Below, piece after piece: positions 30,858 to 41,614 of a stretch of 64,000 bases of DNA. Source of the DNA: an uncultured virus (IMG/VR IMGVR_UViG_3300014057_000711) (Duplodnaviria > Heunggongvirae > Uroviricota > Caudoviricetes). A program made the position numbers and the translations under genes. The notes beneath the pieces were generated by a model. It saw only the letters and a list, made by a program, of their open reading frames with translations, ran no database searches and was not told the DNA's origin. The stretch's first letter is position 1; every line of letters starts with the position of its first letter. Location: the IMG/VR virus record IMGVR_UViG_3300014057_000711, one strand, 5' to 3'.

Positions 30858-32039
30858 ATGGACTCGCACTTTGATTTTGACCATTTCCACCCATCTTTCT
30901 TAGGTGATGACGGGTGGAGCACTTTTGGTGTTTTTGGAGATTTTTTTCATGTTCATATGGATGATTTCCTAGCTCGTGCACAAGAATGTAATCTCCCACA
31001 AGAGATAGTACACAACGCATTGGAATCGGCTTGCGACTTTGTAGGTATTCCATCAATGACTTTTGAGGATGCACCAATTATGGCTGTAGATACTGGCAAC
31101 CCAACATCATTCCTTGATGATAAACTTTTGTTTTCACGTGAACAAATGATAAATCAAGGAATTAATGACGAACAGTCTCTCTCTCTCATTTGCACTCATG
31201 AAGTCGCTCATCGTGTGCTTCAATACTTGCATGATACAAATCAACTATCACAATGGCAAACAGAATTGGCTTGTGATGTTTTTATGGGTGTTCGCTCTAT
31301 TGTAGAAGATATTGACATTGAACCTGTCAGGAATTCTCTTCGTGACACTTATGACAGTGCAACTCATCCCGGTTTTGAACTTCGCAACGAATACATTGAA
31401 GTTGGGCGCACTATAGGTAAAGATTTTGCAGCTCAAGACATTCCCGTCACCTATGAAAATGTTCTTCTTAGCCTTAAAGATTACCTGGGCCGTGATGCTG
31501 AACGCATCCTCCAAATGGAGCAACATTACAAGAATCTAGAATCGTATGACATGAACCAAATACAATCTCTGAACGCTTTTACAAAAGAGGACGTAGACTT
31601 TTATGCTCACCAAGCACGTATTACTTCAGGGTCAGAACAAGCAAGATGGCTTGAAAGATACAACTGGGCAGTTAACCATCTCAGTGGATATACTACTGTC
31701 CCAGAATCTTTTACTAATAATCCAGACAAATGGATTGGCCATCATTCAATCAATGCTTATACAAAAGAGGATGTAGATTTTTATGCACATCAAGTAAGAA
31801 TTTCAAGTGGCTCTGAACAAGGACGTTGGCTTGAAAGATATAATTGGGCTCTCAAACATCTAGATAGCTATACAAGAGTGTCAGAGGGACTAATCAATCA
31901 TCCTGAAGAATGGGAAAAACACTCTCACCATATACCTACTCCTGGTGAAGAAGGAATGCCAAGATTGGATAACGAACCAAACTATGATGAATTGTTGCGT
32001 AAGACAAGAAACCCATCCAATGGTAATGTTTATTATTAA
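30858..32039 (+). CDS. Zincin-like metallopeptidase-domain protein with duplicated C-terminal module
   Basis: 'ICTHEVAH', 'ELACDVFMG', 'THPG...R'; 'NA(F/Y)TKEDVDFYAHQ.RI.SGSEQ.RWLERYNWA..HL..YT' occurs twice. Confidence 0.65.
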   Translation: MDSHFDFDHFHPSFLGDDGWSTFGVFGDFFHVHMDDFLARAQECNLPQEIVHNALESACDFVGIPSMTFEDAPIMAVDTGNPTSFLDDKLLFSREQMINQGINDEQSLSLICTHEVAHRVLQYLHDTNQLSQWQTELACDVFMGVRSIVEDIDIEPVRNSLRDTYDSATHPGFELRNEYIEVGRTIGKDFAAQDIPVTYENVLLSLKDYLGRDAERILQMEQHYKNLESYDMNQIQSLNAFTKEDVDFYAHQARITSGSEQARWLERYNWAVNHLSGYTTVPESFTNNPDKWIGHHSINAYTKEDVDFYAHQVRISSGSEQGRWLERYNWALKHLDSYTRVSEGLINHPEEWEKHSHHIPTPGEEGMPRLDNEPNYDELLRKTRNPSNGNVYY

Positions 32040-32471
32040 TACAGATTAAAAGATTGAATTACTTATAAGGAAAGCAACTATTGTTTTCTAAAAGCCTCAA
32101 ACTGAGGCTTTTTTAATGGTTTTGATGTTGGTTATAACCTTCAGTATTATCGGTTTCATTATTATCGCAACGAGAGTGAACTGCTCCTCATGCTTTATTC
32201 AATAATTATTATCCACAAAAAAATTTCAATGATAAATCAAGTAATCCATATCATATGGTTCTCCAATAGGTGAAATAAACAGCCATCAATAATGAATGTA
32301 ATAATCTACAATATATGGCATGGCAGTTAAAACAGATAATGTGGCTTATAAGAACAAGCTCGTTTCAATATATATAGGAATAATTTCAACTATATATATA
32401 ACATTTATAGTAAAAATGTTGTAAATTTGTCATCTAATTAAAAATAAGGAAATGATTAGCTTCAATGAATA

Positions 32472-32705
32472 ATGACCTATTTCAAAAACATACAAAATAA
32501 AATATTGGTAACGCTTGACGATGACGACCGAAGGACGGTTCTGAACAACGGCATGACTTTCACTGCCCCAGAGTGGTATCGTCCCGCATTTGAGCCTATC
32601 GAGCAGATCACCGAGGACGAATACCACTACATCGCTGCCTCTGGCGACTGGCAGCAACCCACACCAACACGCAACGACGCGTCAATGTACAACGACTGGG
32701 ACTAA
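32472..32705 (+). CDS. Small hypothetical protein
   Basis: 77 aa, phage-like codon usage, TAAATTTG box upstream. Confidence 0.55.
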   Translation: MTYFKNIQNKILVTLDDDDRRTVLNNGMTFTAPEWYRPAFEPIEQITEDEYHYIAASGDWQQPTPTRNDASMYNDWD

Positions 32706-32733
32706 TATTATTCATTAACTTCAGCTCTAACGC

Positions 32734-35541
32734 ATGTCAATCTTTAGTTGGATATTTGGTAATAAAAGCAAGAATGAAACGCCACAGAATAACTCTGCCG
32801 AGCATTCTGCTATGATGGCTTTTAAGAGTGATTTGGACTCACTCTTAAAAGCTGACAGGTTTATTGCCAGACGTGATTATTTCCCACTATTAGAGCCCTA
32901 CAAAGAACTGTTTGAACAGTTCCAAACATTGAAAAAGTCGAATGCTTTGGCTTATTTCTGTGACAATAATGGTATTGAGCTTGCCACTGTAGAGGATTTC
33001 TTGAAATCTTATGAGGATATTTGCGCTAAAAATGATTCTCAAATCATTAAAGCACATAATGATGACTTTATTAATAATCATCTGAAATCTGATAAGGAAT
33101 ACCTTGACCATATCCTGGAGAAAGTTGATCCTGTAATATGCCTGGATGATGAGCAACGGGAAGTGGTCCTCTCAGATGAGGATTACACATTGGTAATAGC
33201 CGGAGCTGGAGCCGGCAAGACAACAACAGTGGCTGCCAAAGTTAAATACCTGGTGGACTATAAGCATATATACCCGAAACAGATTCTTGTGATTTCATAC
33301 ACAAATAAGGCTGTAGGGGAACTCCGTCAAAAAATAAATAAAGCACTGAAGATTGATTGCCCAATAACAACTTTCCATAAGACAGGATATGCCATTCTTA
33401 GAAGGCAGGAGGAAGAAAGGAAACTCATCGTCGACGCTGGGTTTATGTTCAACGTTATATCTAACTATCTGAAAGGGAACATACTTGAAGTGCCGGAACT
33501 GGTGGATAAACTGATTCTTTTCTTCGGAAGCTACTTTGATGCGCCATACGAAGGTGATGACCTTAATGATTTCTTTAACTATATCGCTAAAGCGGACTTC
33601 TCTACCCTGCGAGGCAACATGAACGAATATACTGAGGAAATCATTAATAAGCGCACAGGGAAACGCATCACAATAGCGCGTGAGTATCTACGCTCTACAC
33701 AAGAGGTGGTGATAGCAAACTTCCTTTATCTGAATAGCATCGACTATGTTTATGAGAAACCATATCCATACAACATACTGCACTCTCATAAACCATATAC
33801 ACCTGATTTCACTATAACGCAAGGGGAAAAGGTGGCATATATAGAACATTTTGGAATTACAGAGGATGGCAGAAATAGCCGATACTCTGCAGAGCAACTG
33901 CAGCGATACAAGAAAGCGGTTAATGACAAGGTGCGACTGCACCAAAAGCATAAGACTGATCTGATTTACACTTTCTCGGCATATAAGGACGGCCGTAGCC
34001 TACTTGAGCATCTGAACGAGGAACTGCAGAAACATGGGTTTGACCTTGTGGAACGCCCAGCAAAGAACGTTTTTGAGAAAATCGTAAATACAGAAGAAAA
34101 TAAGTATATCGCTAACTTGGTAAAACTGATATGCACGTTTATTCAGAACTTCAAAACAAATGGTCTATCTATAGATGATTTCTATAGGTTCAAACATAAG
34201 ACTAAAAACGTGCGAACTCGCCTGTTCCTGGATATATGTGAACAGTGCTACCACGAATACAGCAAGCGACTGAAGGAACGCAACGCGATTGACTTTGAGG
34301 ACATGATAAATGACTCCTCAAAGATTATCCGTGAACAGGAGGTTAAAGGTGAGAAACTTGACTTTAAATATATTATAGTTGATGAATACCAGGACATTTC
34401 TCGGCAACGCTTTAACTTAACAAAGGAACTAAGCAAACTGTGTGATGCGAAAATTGTTGCTGTAGGTGATGACTGGCAATCGATTTATGCTTATGCTGGT
34501 TCAGATATTACCCTATTCACGAACTTTAAAGAAACGTTTGGTTATGGCCTGAAACTGAGTATAACAAAAACATATCGCAACGCTCAGGAGGTAATAGACA
34601 TCGCCGGTGGATTTATCCAAAAGAACTTGGCACAAATAAAGAAAGCTCTAATCTCACCGAAACATATTGTGGATCCGGTTATCATTGAGACATACTCGGA
34701 AGATGTGGACAGAAAACAATATGAGGGGAAAGGTGGTAAATATTTCTTGATAGGTCAGACCGTAGAGAAAATTATCGAACATATCCTTAATGAAAACCCA
34801 CAATCGTCAATTCTTCTGCTGGGCAGATATGGATTTGACGCTTATAACCTGGCACGGTCTAGCGATTTTTCCTACGACGAGAAAACAGGCAGCGTTTTCT
34901 CCAAGAAATTCGCAAATAAACAGATTGAGTTTATGACAGTACATCGGGCAAAAGGACTAGGATTCGATAATGTGATTATAATAAATGCCAGAAACGAGGT
35001 CTATGGATTCCCATCAAAGGTGCAGGAAGACCCAGTGCTGAAGTTTGTAGTCAAAGATGACCACTCTATTGAATATGCGGAGGAACGACGCCTGTTCTAT
35101 GTCGCCCTGACGAGAACAAAGAACCGTGTCTATATCGTTACTCCTAAAGAACATCCTTCGGAGTTTGTAACGGAACTCCTGGCTGACTATCCGAAAATAT
35201 CTGTGCACGGTGAATTGATGAAGGAGAACAGCAAAGATATAAAGGAGAATAAACGCTGCCCAATATGTGGATATCCTCTGCAACTGCGATACAAGAAAGC
35301 ATATGGCCTACGACTATGGATATGCTCTAACGAGCCGGAAATATGCGACTTTATGACTAATGACCTTGGCGGTGGCATCCTTCCTATCATGAAATGTGAG
35401 AAATGTAGGGATGGCTACCTGATAGTGAAGAAAGGCAAGGGTAAAGCGCAACCGTTCCTCGGATGCACAAACTATAAATCAGATAAATCAGGATGTGATA
35501 ATTTTATGACTCTTGATTTCTATTTGAAACACTATAAATAA
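32734..35541 (+). CDS. UvrD/helicase IV-like SF1 helicase with inserted nuclease-like segment and C-terminal C4 zinc ribbons
   Basis: 'AGAGAGKT', 'IVDEYQD', 'VGDDWQSIY', 'TVHRAKGL', 'EERRLFYVALTR'; 'CPICG', 'CEKC..FLGCTNY'. Confidence 0.9.
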   Translation: MSIFSWIFGNKSKNETPQNNSAEHSAMMAFKSDLDSLLKADRFIARRDYFPLLEPYKELFEQFQTLKKSNALAYFCDNNGIELATVEDFLKSYEDICAKNDSQIIKAHNDDFINNHLKSDKEYLDHILEKVDPVICLDDEQREVVLSDEDYTLVIAGAGAGKTTTVAAKVKYLVDYKHIYPKQILVISYTNKAVGELRQKINKALKIDCPITTFHKTGYAILRRQEEERKLIVDAGFMFNVISNYLKGNILEVPELVDKLILFFGSYFDAPYEGDDLNDFFNYIAKADFSTLRGNMNEYTEEIINKRTGKRITIAREYLRSTQEVVIANFLYLNSIDYVYEKPYPYNILHSHKPYTPDFTITQGEKVAYIEHFGITEDGRNSRYSAEQLQRYKKAVNDKVRLHQKHKTDLIYTFSAYKDGRSLLEHLNEELQKHGFDLVERPAKNVFEKIVNTEENKYIANLVKLICTFIQNFKTNGLSIDDFYRFKHKTKNVRTRLFLDICEQCYHEYSKRLKERNAIDFEDMINDSSKIIREQEVKGEKLDFKYIIVDEYQDISRQRFNLTKELSKLCDAKIVAVGDDWQSIYAYAGSDITLFTNFKETFGYGLKLSITKTYRNAQEVIDIAGGFIQKNLAQIKKALISPKHIVDPVIIETYSEDVDRKQYEGKGGKYFLIGQTVEKIIEHILNENPQSSILLLGRYGFDAYNLARSSDFSYDEKTGSVFSKKFANKQIEFMTVHRAKGLGFDNVIIINARNEVYGFPSKVQEDPVLKFVVKDDHSIEYAEERRLFYVALTRTKNRVYIVTPKEHPSEFVTELLADYPKISVHGELMKENSKDIKENKRCPICGYPLQLRYKKAYGLRLWICSNEPEICDFMTNDLGGGILPIMKCEKCRDGYLIVKKGKGKAQPFLGCTNYKSDKSGCDNFMTLDFYLKHYK

Positions 35542-35564
35542 GATCTCATTCATCGCTTATCATT

Positions 35565-36650
35565 ATGAAGAAATACTTATTAATATCGCTAATAGCTTTG
35601 CTGGCAACCTTAACTGCCAATGCGCAGTTTCCAACCTATAGCTCATATGACAACGAATTTTCAGCCGTATATGAGGTAGAGGACATGGAATCGTATGAGA
35701 TAAAAGACTATAACAGCTGGACTAAAAAAGATCTCCCTCATGAATCTTCTATGATGTTCATCAACTCATATCGAGCACAGTTAAATCTCATAAACGCACC
35801 AGCAACAATAATAGATTTTCAGCTTTATAATGGAAATGACAACCCAGGCGCATTAATGCTCATTATCGAACTGATAAACTCTACACCTAAAACCATTAAA
35901 GAAATCACTCTGGAATTTGAATTTAAGAATGACGGCACTCCAGTATATGATATAAAATCAGGGGAAAAATATCTGGTGCTTAAGTTTGCCAATCTGAAAG
36001 GTCGCACAAAATCTGAAATGTACAACGATGTAGCAGATAAAATTTTTAATTGCTACCATATGCTTAAATCCGATGATGCCATTAATAAAAAGCTTTTCTA
36101 CAACAAAAAAGCTAACATGGCAAGGCTCCATAGTGCAAGAGTAAAATATACGGATGGATCATCATCAACAAATATCGCAATTTTCGATAATGGGTATAGC
36201 GGCAAAGAACACTTGCTCAATGATGGCCCTTTGAGTCCTATAGTAAAATATCTGAATCATATTAATAAAGATGAAGCACAGGATGTTTCCAAAGAGGCTA
36301 AACCAGATGAAATAAAGGATAACAATGAAGTTTTCCATTCAGCAGCGCACATGCCATCATACCCAGGCGGTGATGCTGCGCTCATGAAATATATTAACGA
36401 CCACATGATATTCCCAGAACAAGCAAAAAACAATGGCATTCAAGGTAAGGTTATTGTTCAATTCGTTGTTAAAAAAGATGGCAGTGTCGGGGAAGCAATG
36501 GTATCAAGAGGTGTTGATAAAGAACTTGACCAAGAAGCAATAAGGCTTGTCAAGTCACTACCCGCATTTTCTCCAGGACGTAACGCCGTAGGCGAACCCG
36601 TCAATGTGTGGTACACATTACCTATAACTTTTAAACTACCTGGACTATAA
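35565..36650 (+). CDS. Secreted protein with C-terminal TonB domain
   Basis: 'MPSYPGG..ALMKYI...GIQGKVIVQFVVKKDGSV...LDQEAIRLV...YTLPITF'. Confidence 0.85.
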   Translation: MKKYLLISLIALLATLTANAQFPTYSSYDNEFSAVYEVEDMESYEIKDYNSWTKKDLPHESSMMFINSYRAQLNLINAPATIIDFQLYNGNDNPGALMLIIELINSTPKTIKEITLEFEFKNDGTPVYDIKSGEKYLVLKFANLKGRTKSEMYNDVADKIFNCYHMLKSDDAINKKLFYNKKANMARLHSARVKYTDGSSSTNIAIFDNGYSGKEHLLNDGPLSPIVKYLNHINKDEAQDVSKEAKPDEIKDNNEVFHSAAHMPSYPGGDAALMKYINDHMIFPEQAKNNGIQGKVIVQFVVKKDGSVGEAMVSRGVDKELDQEAIRLVKSLPAFSPGRNAVGEPVNVWYTLPITFKLPGL

Positions 36651-36713
36651 TTAAAATTTCAAACAACCCCATCGCTTAAAACTCAAAGCATTGGCTTGCT
36701 TAAACACTATAAT

Positions 36714-37226
36714 ATGAGCAATAATGACGAATACATAGAATATCCGCTGGAGTACCAGGGACACCCTAGCCACTATGTGGAATACTTCATTACCATCAAG
36801 AGCAATGACAGACTCCTGAGACTTAATATCGACAGCGGAGCGGGGACGAATATGATAAGCAACCCCTCACTGCGTGGGTGCTGCTATCATTCCACAAATG
36901 AACGCGTGAAAGCGTCAACGCTGTTAGGCACCGTGGAAACAAGAATCGTTATGCTGTCATTCGTCATGGGAGATAAGGACTTCGCCACAACCAGCGAAGA
37001 CGAGAGATTTACCCTGCCGTTCTCGGTGCTCAACAAGAAGGATAACATGCTCTTCTCTGACGATGAATATGACGGGTTCCTGGGAGCGACTTTCCTGCAG
37101 CAATGTGAAGTGAATTTCCGAGAGGGATATATCAGAATATATAAGGACGAAACCAGCGGTACGGTTTTTCAAGCGCTGGAAGAAAAAGCAATAGAGGAGG
37201 ATATATTCTATGGACTTACCGACTAG
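36714..37226 (+). CDS. Retropepsin-like aspartyl protease domain protein
   Basis: 'LNIDSGA' and 'DGFLGATFL'. Confidence 0.7.
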   Translation: MSNNDEYIEYPLEYQGHPSHYVEYFITIKSNDRLLRLNIDSGAGTNMISNPSLRGCCYHSTNERVKASTLLGTVETRIVMLSFVMGDKDFATTSEDERFTLPFSVLNKKDNMLFSDDEYDGFLGATFLQQCEVNFREGYIRIYKDETSGTVFQALEEKAIEEDIFYGLTD

Positions 37227-37572
37227 AGGAACACTTATAGACCTGGTTAAAGGGCTGTGCCTGATCGAGGACAAAATCCGTGGTGAGCGTGGTATGCCTA
37301 GCTTCCTCCAGGACCCGAAAGTTTCCAACGTTGAGGCGTTGAAGATACCGATGTTCTACGTCTGGCACAAACTGGACTATGGCCACACCTATACCCTATC
37401 GCCACGTGGCGCTAACGCATACTGGCTGGCGAGCTTTAAAACCGACCCGGGAGCATATATCGCAGAGTGCATCCGACTGCTCCAACATAACGAAATACCA
37501 TACGTGGATATGGAGCTCCGCAACTCGCTCATAAACTTCTACTCTGAACTCTCAGAAGCATATAACCTATAA
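37210..37572 (+). CDS. Hypothetical protein
   Basis: 120-aa ORF overlapping the previous stop. Confidence 0.55.
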   Translation: MDLPTRGTLIDLVKGLCLIEDKIRGERGMPSFLQDPKVSNVEALKIPMFYVWHKLDYGHTYTLSPRGANAYWLASFKTDPGAYIAECIRLLQHNEIPYVDMELRNSLINFYSELSEAYNL

Positions 37573-37630
37573 ACTCAAAAATAATTCTACAATTTTAATA
37601 TTGACAACTCATAACTAAATTCATTACAAT

Positions 37631-38332
37631 ATGAAGCAAACAAAATTCAAAACTATTTTTAAGTGCTACTTAACAGTTTTCGCACTGTTTACGACTTTTG
37701 TTATAAATGTAAAAGCTGAAGAAATTAAAGGCATATTTGCAAATGATTGTATAGATGGTTTATTGTATAATTATGATATATATTATGACGCAAACGCTGT
37801 GACTTGTTGTGGGGCATGTTACATCCCTGGAACAAATAAGATAGATCGTTCTTTAGAGTCTGTTGTTATTCCATCAACAGTAACTGTGAGATTTATTATT
37901 GGATATGATGATATAGCAGATACAATAATTTACAAGGATCATAAATTACCTGTTAAAAGAATTGCTGATCACGCTTTTATGAATTACACAAACTTAAAAC
38001 GAGTAATTATTTCAGGAAACGTTACAGAAATTGGCTCATCAGCATTTGCAAATTGTACCAACCTTCAAGAAGTCGAGATTCCAGGGTCTGTCGAGATAAT
38101 TGGTGGTTCCGCTTTCTATAACTGTACTAATCTAAAACATATAACAAATTGGGCAAATCCACCACAATGTATAAATGAATTTACTTTCGGAAACGTAAAA
38201 AGAGAATCTGTTACAATATTTTATACCGAAATTGGCTATGCTGAATGGACAGAACGTGGTTGGAATGGCTTTCATTTTCTTCCTGTTGACGACAAATATA
38301 AAAAAGATAATTCAAATACTGGATTTCATTGA
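37631..38332 (+). CDS. BspA-type leucine-rich repeat secreted protein
   Basis: 'VTEIGSSAFANCTNLQEVEIPGSVEIIGGSAFYNCTNL'. Confidence 0.85.
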   Translation: MKQTKFKTIFKCYLTVFALFTTFVINVKAEEIKGIFANDCIDGLLYNYDIYYDANAVTCCGACYIPGTNKIDRSLESVVIPSTVTVRFIIGYDDIADTIIYKDHKLPVKRIADHAFMNYTNLKRVIISGNVTEIGSSAFANCTNLQEVEIPGSVEIIGGSAFYNCTNLKHITNWANPPQCINEFTFGNVKRESVTIFYTEIGYAEWTERGWNGFHFLPVDDKYKKDNSNTGFH

Positions 38333-38405
38333 TATTTCCGTAACTTCATTATTGGATTTCATCTATTAGAATACTCAACTTTTAAAAGGCAATACAAAAT
38401 TCTCT

Positions 38406-38921
38406 ATGGGAAAAAAGTCAAGATTAACAAAACTATATAATGCACTCGCAACCATGCGTCGTGAAAGCCTGCAAACATCCTTTGAACTTGCTGAACTAAT
38501 CAACAAGATTAATGGTGATATATATGCTGCCAATCCTGAAAAGAAACCGGAGAAGATTGACTTCAATGACCCTGGCAACGACGATTTGCCATTATCAACT
38601 CGTCTTAAATGGGCGTTGATCGCATTGCATAGAGCGCAACGTGAGTTAGAAGATTACAAGACGATAGAAACTGAGAACCAACAACTCAAAACGGAGTTAG
38701 CTGAAATACAACAGCGATACGATAAACTCAAGCTTCGATATGATGAGAAATCTATCCAAGCTACCAAAATACAAAGCGAGGAAGGACAATCTCAATTAAA
38801 AAACCTTATTAATAAAAACCTAAACTTGCAGAAAGAACTAAACAAACAATATGAAATCGTCAAAAAACTGACTAATATGCTCGATGAGCAAAACAAAAAC
38901 TCAAAACACCCACTCGCTTAA
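38406..38921 (+). CDS. Coiled-coil hypothetical protein
   Basis: Heptad-rich C-terminal half. Confidence 0.6.
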   Translation: MGKKSRLTKLYNALATMRRESLQTSFELAELINKINGDIYAANPEKKPEKIDFNDPGNDDLPLSTRLKWALIALHRAQRELEDYKTIETENQQLKTELAEIQQRYDKLKLRYDEKSIQATKIQSEEGQSQLKNLINKNLNLQKELNKQYEIVKKLTNMLDEQNKNSKHPLA

Positions 38922-39075
38922 AACTCGATATTGCAACATCAAAACTGTAACAGTTATTCCGTTTTTCGACACAAAATGCCCCGCAACGCGCTCTAACTTT
39001 GCGTTACGGGGCAACATGAATATGAAATAAAAAACTTTTTCTTTTAAAGTCCTGTTAAATCACTAAATTATTTGT

Positions 39076-39486
39076 TTATTTCAACAACGATTTTAAATAT
39101 AAGAACTTCTCTCTATTTTCTCTTGTTTTATTATAATCTTTAGTAGAGAAAGAAACAGCTGAGCCTCTTCCATCATTTAGATTGACGCCAAAATTAGTAT
39201 AATCTTCTTTTGCTCTAATATAAGCTAGTTGTAATGATAGTCCAGAACCTTTGACAAACTCAAGCCAAGACTCAGTTCCTATAACGTAATTTTTCTGAAC
39301 TTTAGCATCATAGAATTCTAGAACAACGTCGCTTCCATTTCTGAATGTCAGATAAGATTTGCCAGATGATTCTATTTGAACCAAAACATTATTACCGTTG
39401 TCAAAGTAATAAACTTCTTCATAAGCGTATTGTGCTGAAGCTAAAAATGGTAGAGCAAAAAATAATAAAAAAAGGATTTTCTTCAT
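39076..39486 (-). CDS. Small secreted hypothetical protein
   Basis: Signal peptide MKKILFLLFFALPFLASA. Confidence 0.7.
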   Translation of the reverse strand: MKKILFLLFFALPFLASAQYAYEEVYYFDNGNNVLVQIESSGKSYLTFRNGSDVVLEFYDAKVQKNYVIGTESWLEFVKGSGLSLQLAYIRAKEDYTNFGVNLNDGRGSAVSFSTKDYNKTRENREKFLYLKSLLK

Positions 39487-39534
39487 AGTTTTTTTGTTTA
39501 TGGGGTTAGTAAAATAAGTGATTTTTTATAAAAT

Positions 39535-39863
39535 TTATTTCGTGTGTGTTGCGCAATGCTTTGAGCCTGGCAATGCCATCAATTTGCAACGAGTGCCTTT
39601 CTTTTTGGGGCAGTGCAACGATTGGCATTGGACGTAGCATTCTTGTTTTTGCCACCCTAACTGACCAGCTTGATTTTATTCACGTAATTAGGGTCATTTT
39701 TCTTCTTCACCTCGATATTGTAATGCTGGGTGCAATAACCTTCTTGCTTGGCAACCCGTGTGCAACGTGTGCCCTTCTGTGTTGTGGCTTTGCATTTAAC
39801 TGCTCCACTCGCTCCAAGCGAAACGCAAAATACCAATAATAAAAGTGAAAGTAATTTCTTCAT
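39535..39863 (-). pseudogene. Degraded paralog of the 40395-40724 CCCH-repeat secreted protein
   Basis: GAG->TAG after 'KIKLVS' and a 1-nt frameshift before 'KGTRCKLMALPG'; remainder aligns through to 'CATHTK*'. Confidence 0.8.
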
Positions 39864-39919
39864 AATATATAGTATTAAATATTTCAACCGCAAAATTAAT
39901 CTCCCCAATATTTCCTTAC

Positions 39920-40375
39920 CTATCTAATGAGATGGAACTCCCATATTTCGCCATCGCCAAAGTATCCATTTTGAAGAAATATTTTTCCATTAGCGTGTGA
40001 TAAAAAACGTCCTCTCTCTCCTCCATGAGCTTGTAATAATTCTCGGTGCATATCTTTCGGTCCATGCAAACTCCAACTCTCACCATCTCCTATATCGCCT
40101 TTCTGCAAAAAAATATTCCCATTGGCATGCGACAAATAATAGCCTTTTTCACCTCCATCACATTCAAGTGAAATGATTTTTAAATCTCCGAATTCCTTAA
40201 TATGAATGATAAAACTTTCCCCTAATCCTCTATAACCATTCATTAATTGGAGTTTGCCATTTGCATGAGAGAGGACTTTTCCGGATTCTCCTCCACAGCA
40301 AACAAAATATGCTTTCAGTTGCGCATGAGCACTAAAAGAAAATAAAAGAAATAATATTATAAGTATCTTTTTCAT
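39920..40375 (-). CDS. Secreted three-repeat (beta-trefoil/fascin-like) protein
   Basis: Three copies of 'GGE.G..LSHANG...L..G..G.GE.W/F' after a signal peptide. Confidence 0.65.
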   Translation of the reverse strand: MKKILIILFLLFSFSAHAQLKAYFVCCGGESGKVLSHANGKLQLMNGYRGLGESFIIHIKEFGDLKIISLECDGGEKGYYLSHANGNIFLQKGDIGDGESWSLHGPKDMHRELLQAHGGERGRFLSHANGKIFLQNGYFGDGEIWEFHLIR

Positions 40376-40394
40376 ATAAACTATTGAATAAAAG

Positions 40395-40724
40395 TTATTT
40401 AGTATGTGTTGCGCAACGGTTTGTGCCAGGCAGAGCCATTAGTTTGCAACGAGTTCCTTTCTTGGTTGTTGCTGTGCATCGATCGGTATCGGAAGTAGCC
40501 TTCTTGGGTTTGCCACCCTCGCTGACCTGCTTGATTTTATTCACGTAATTCGGGTCATTTTTCTTCTTAACCTCGATTTTGTAATGCTGGGTGCAGTAAC
40601 CGGCAGTAACGGCAGTGCGGGAACAACGTGTACCCTTCAACGTGTAAGCTTTGCACTTAGACTGTGCACTGGCACCAAGTGCCACGCACATCACAAGCAA
40701 TAATAATGATATTAATTTTTTCAT
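40395..40724 (-). CDS. Secreted basic protein with two C-x9-C-xn-C-x2-H modules (DUF5763-like)
   Basis: 'CKAYTLKGTRC..CTQH' and 'CTATTKKGTRC..CATH'. Confidence 0.7.
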   Translation of the reverse strand: MKKLISLLLLVMCVALGASAQSKCKAYTLKGTRCSRTAVTAGYCTQHYKIEVKKKNDPNYVNKIKQVSEGGKPKKATSDTDRCTATTKKGTRCKLMALPGTNRCATHTK

Positions 40725-40790
40725 AATTCGTAAGTTTTTGATTGCATCTGCAAATATAACTAAAATAAAAATTTCAAACAAATACTTCGC

Positions 40791-41597
40791 TTAAAGATTC
40801 TCAATGTCGTTGTACATATCAAGAAACGCACGGCCGACCATATAATCACGTCTTTGCTGAATCTTCTGCTTCATCTTCGCTATCTCCATCTTCTTGTAAC
40901 GGATCTCTTGCTGGTATTCCTTAATGTAATTCTCGTAACGCTCTATCGCATTTTTACTTTCTACTATCTCTTTGCTTAATTCCCGAATGGTGCTGAAAAT
41001 AATCTTGTTATCTTCGGGATTCATGGCTTTCTTGACAAGAACCTTGCGGCGAAACGTGTCATAATACTTGTCATAATCGTAAGTTTTCATGTTGGAGATA
41101 GTAGCTCGACGCTTTGCTTCTTCTACAGCCTTGGCACTTTTTAGTCCGTATTTCTTGATTAGCAAATACTCATCTTTAAACATCAACCCCTCACCATACA
41201 TAATCCAGTCCAAATCGAAGATGTCGTCAAAGGTCTCGTTGAAATCCTGAAGGAAAAGCTCATTGAAGAATTGTGTGTTGCCCTCGAAGATGCGGCGAAA
41301 CCTCCAACCGGAGATGTCCATACGCACCGCCACATCGTTACGTCGCCTGAAACTGTACCTTTTCATGATAAAGTCGAAGGCAACGTTGAAACGGTCAAGG
41401 GCATCATAGACAAGTTTCTGGGTCAAGACTTTTTCGTAGTATTCTTTAACATCAGACATGGGAGCCAAATGGTTCCTGATAGCATTCATCTTGTATGGTC
41501 GCAACCCAAGACGTCTCTGCACTGTCGTGACGCCAAGGTGCAATCTCTCTGCCAGCAGCTCTAACTCAAATAGTAAAACATCAGTCAATGATTCCAT
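40791..41597 (-). CDS. HTH repressor-like protein with coiled-coil tail
   Basis: 'NDVAVRMDISGWRFRRIFEG...FDLDWIMYGEGLMF' resembles CI-like N-terminal domains. Confidence 0.55.
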   Translation of the reverse strand: MESLTDVLLFELELLAERLHLGVTTVQRRLGLRPYKMNAIRNHLAPMSDVKEYYEKVLTQKLVYDALDRFNVAFDFIMKRYSFRRRNDVAVRMDISGWRFRRIFEGNTQFFNELFLQDFNETFDDIFDLDWIMYGEGLMFKDEYLLIKKYGLKSAKAVEEAKRRATISNMKTYDYDKYYDTFRRKVLVKKAMNPEDNKIIFSTIRELSKEIVESKNAIERYENYIKEYQQEIRYKKMEIAKMKQKIQQRRDYMVGRAFLDMYNDIENL

Positions 41598-41614
41598 AAC
41601 AAAACCTTTTTAAT

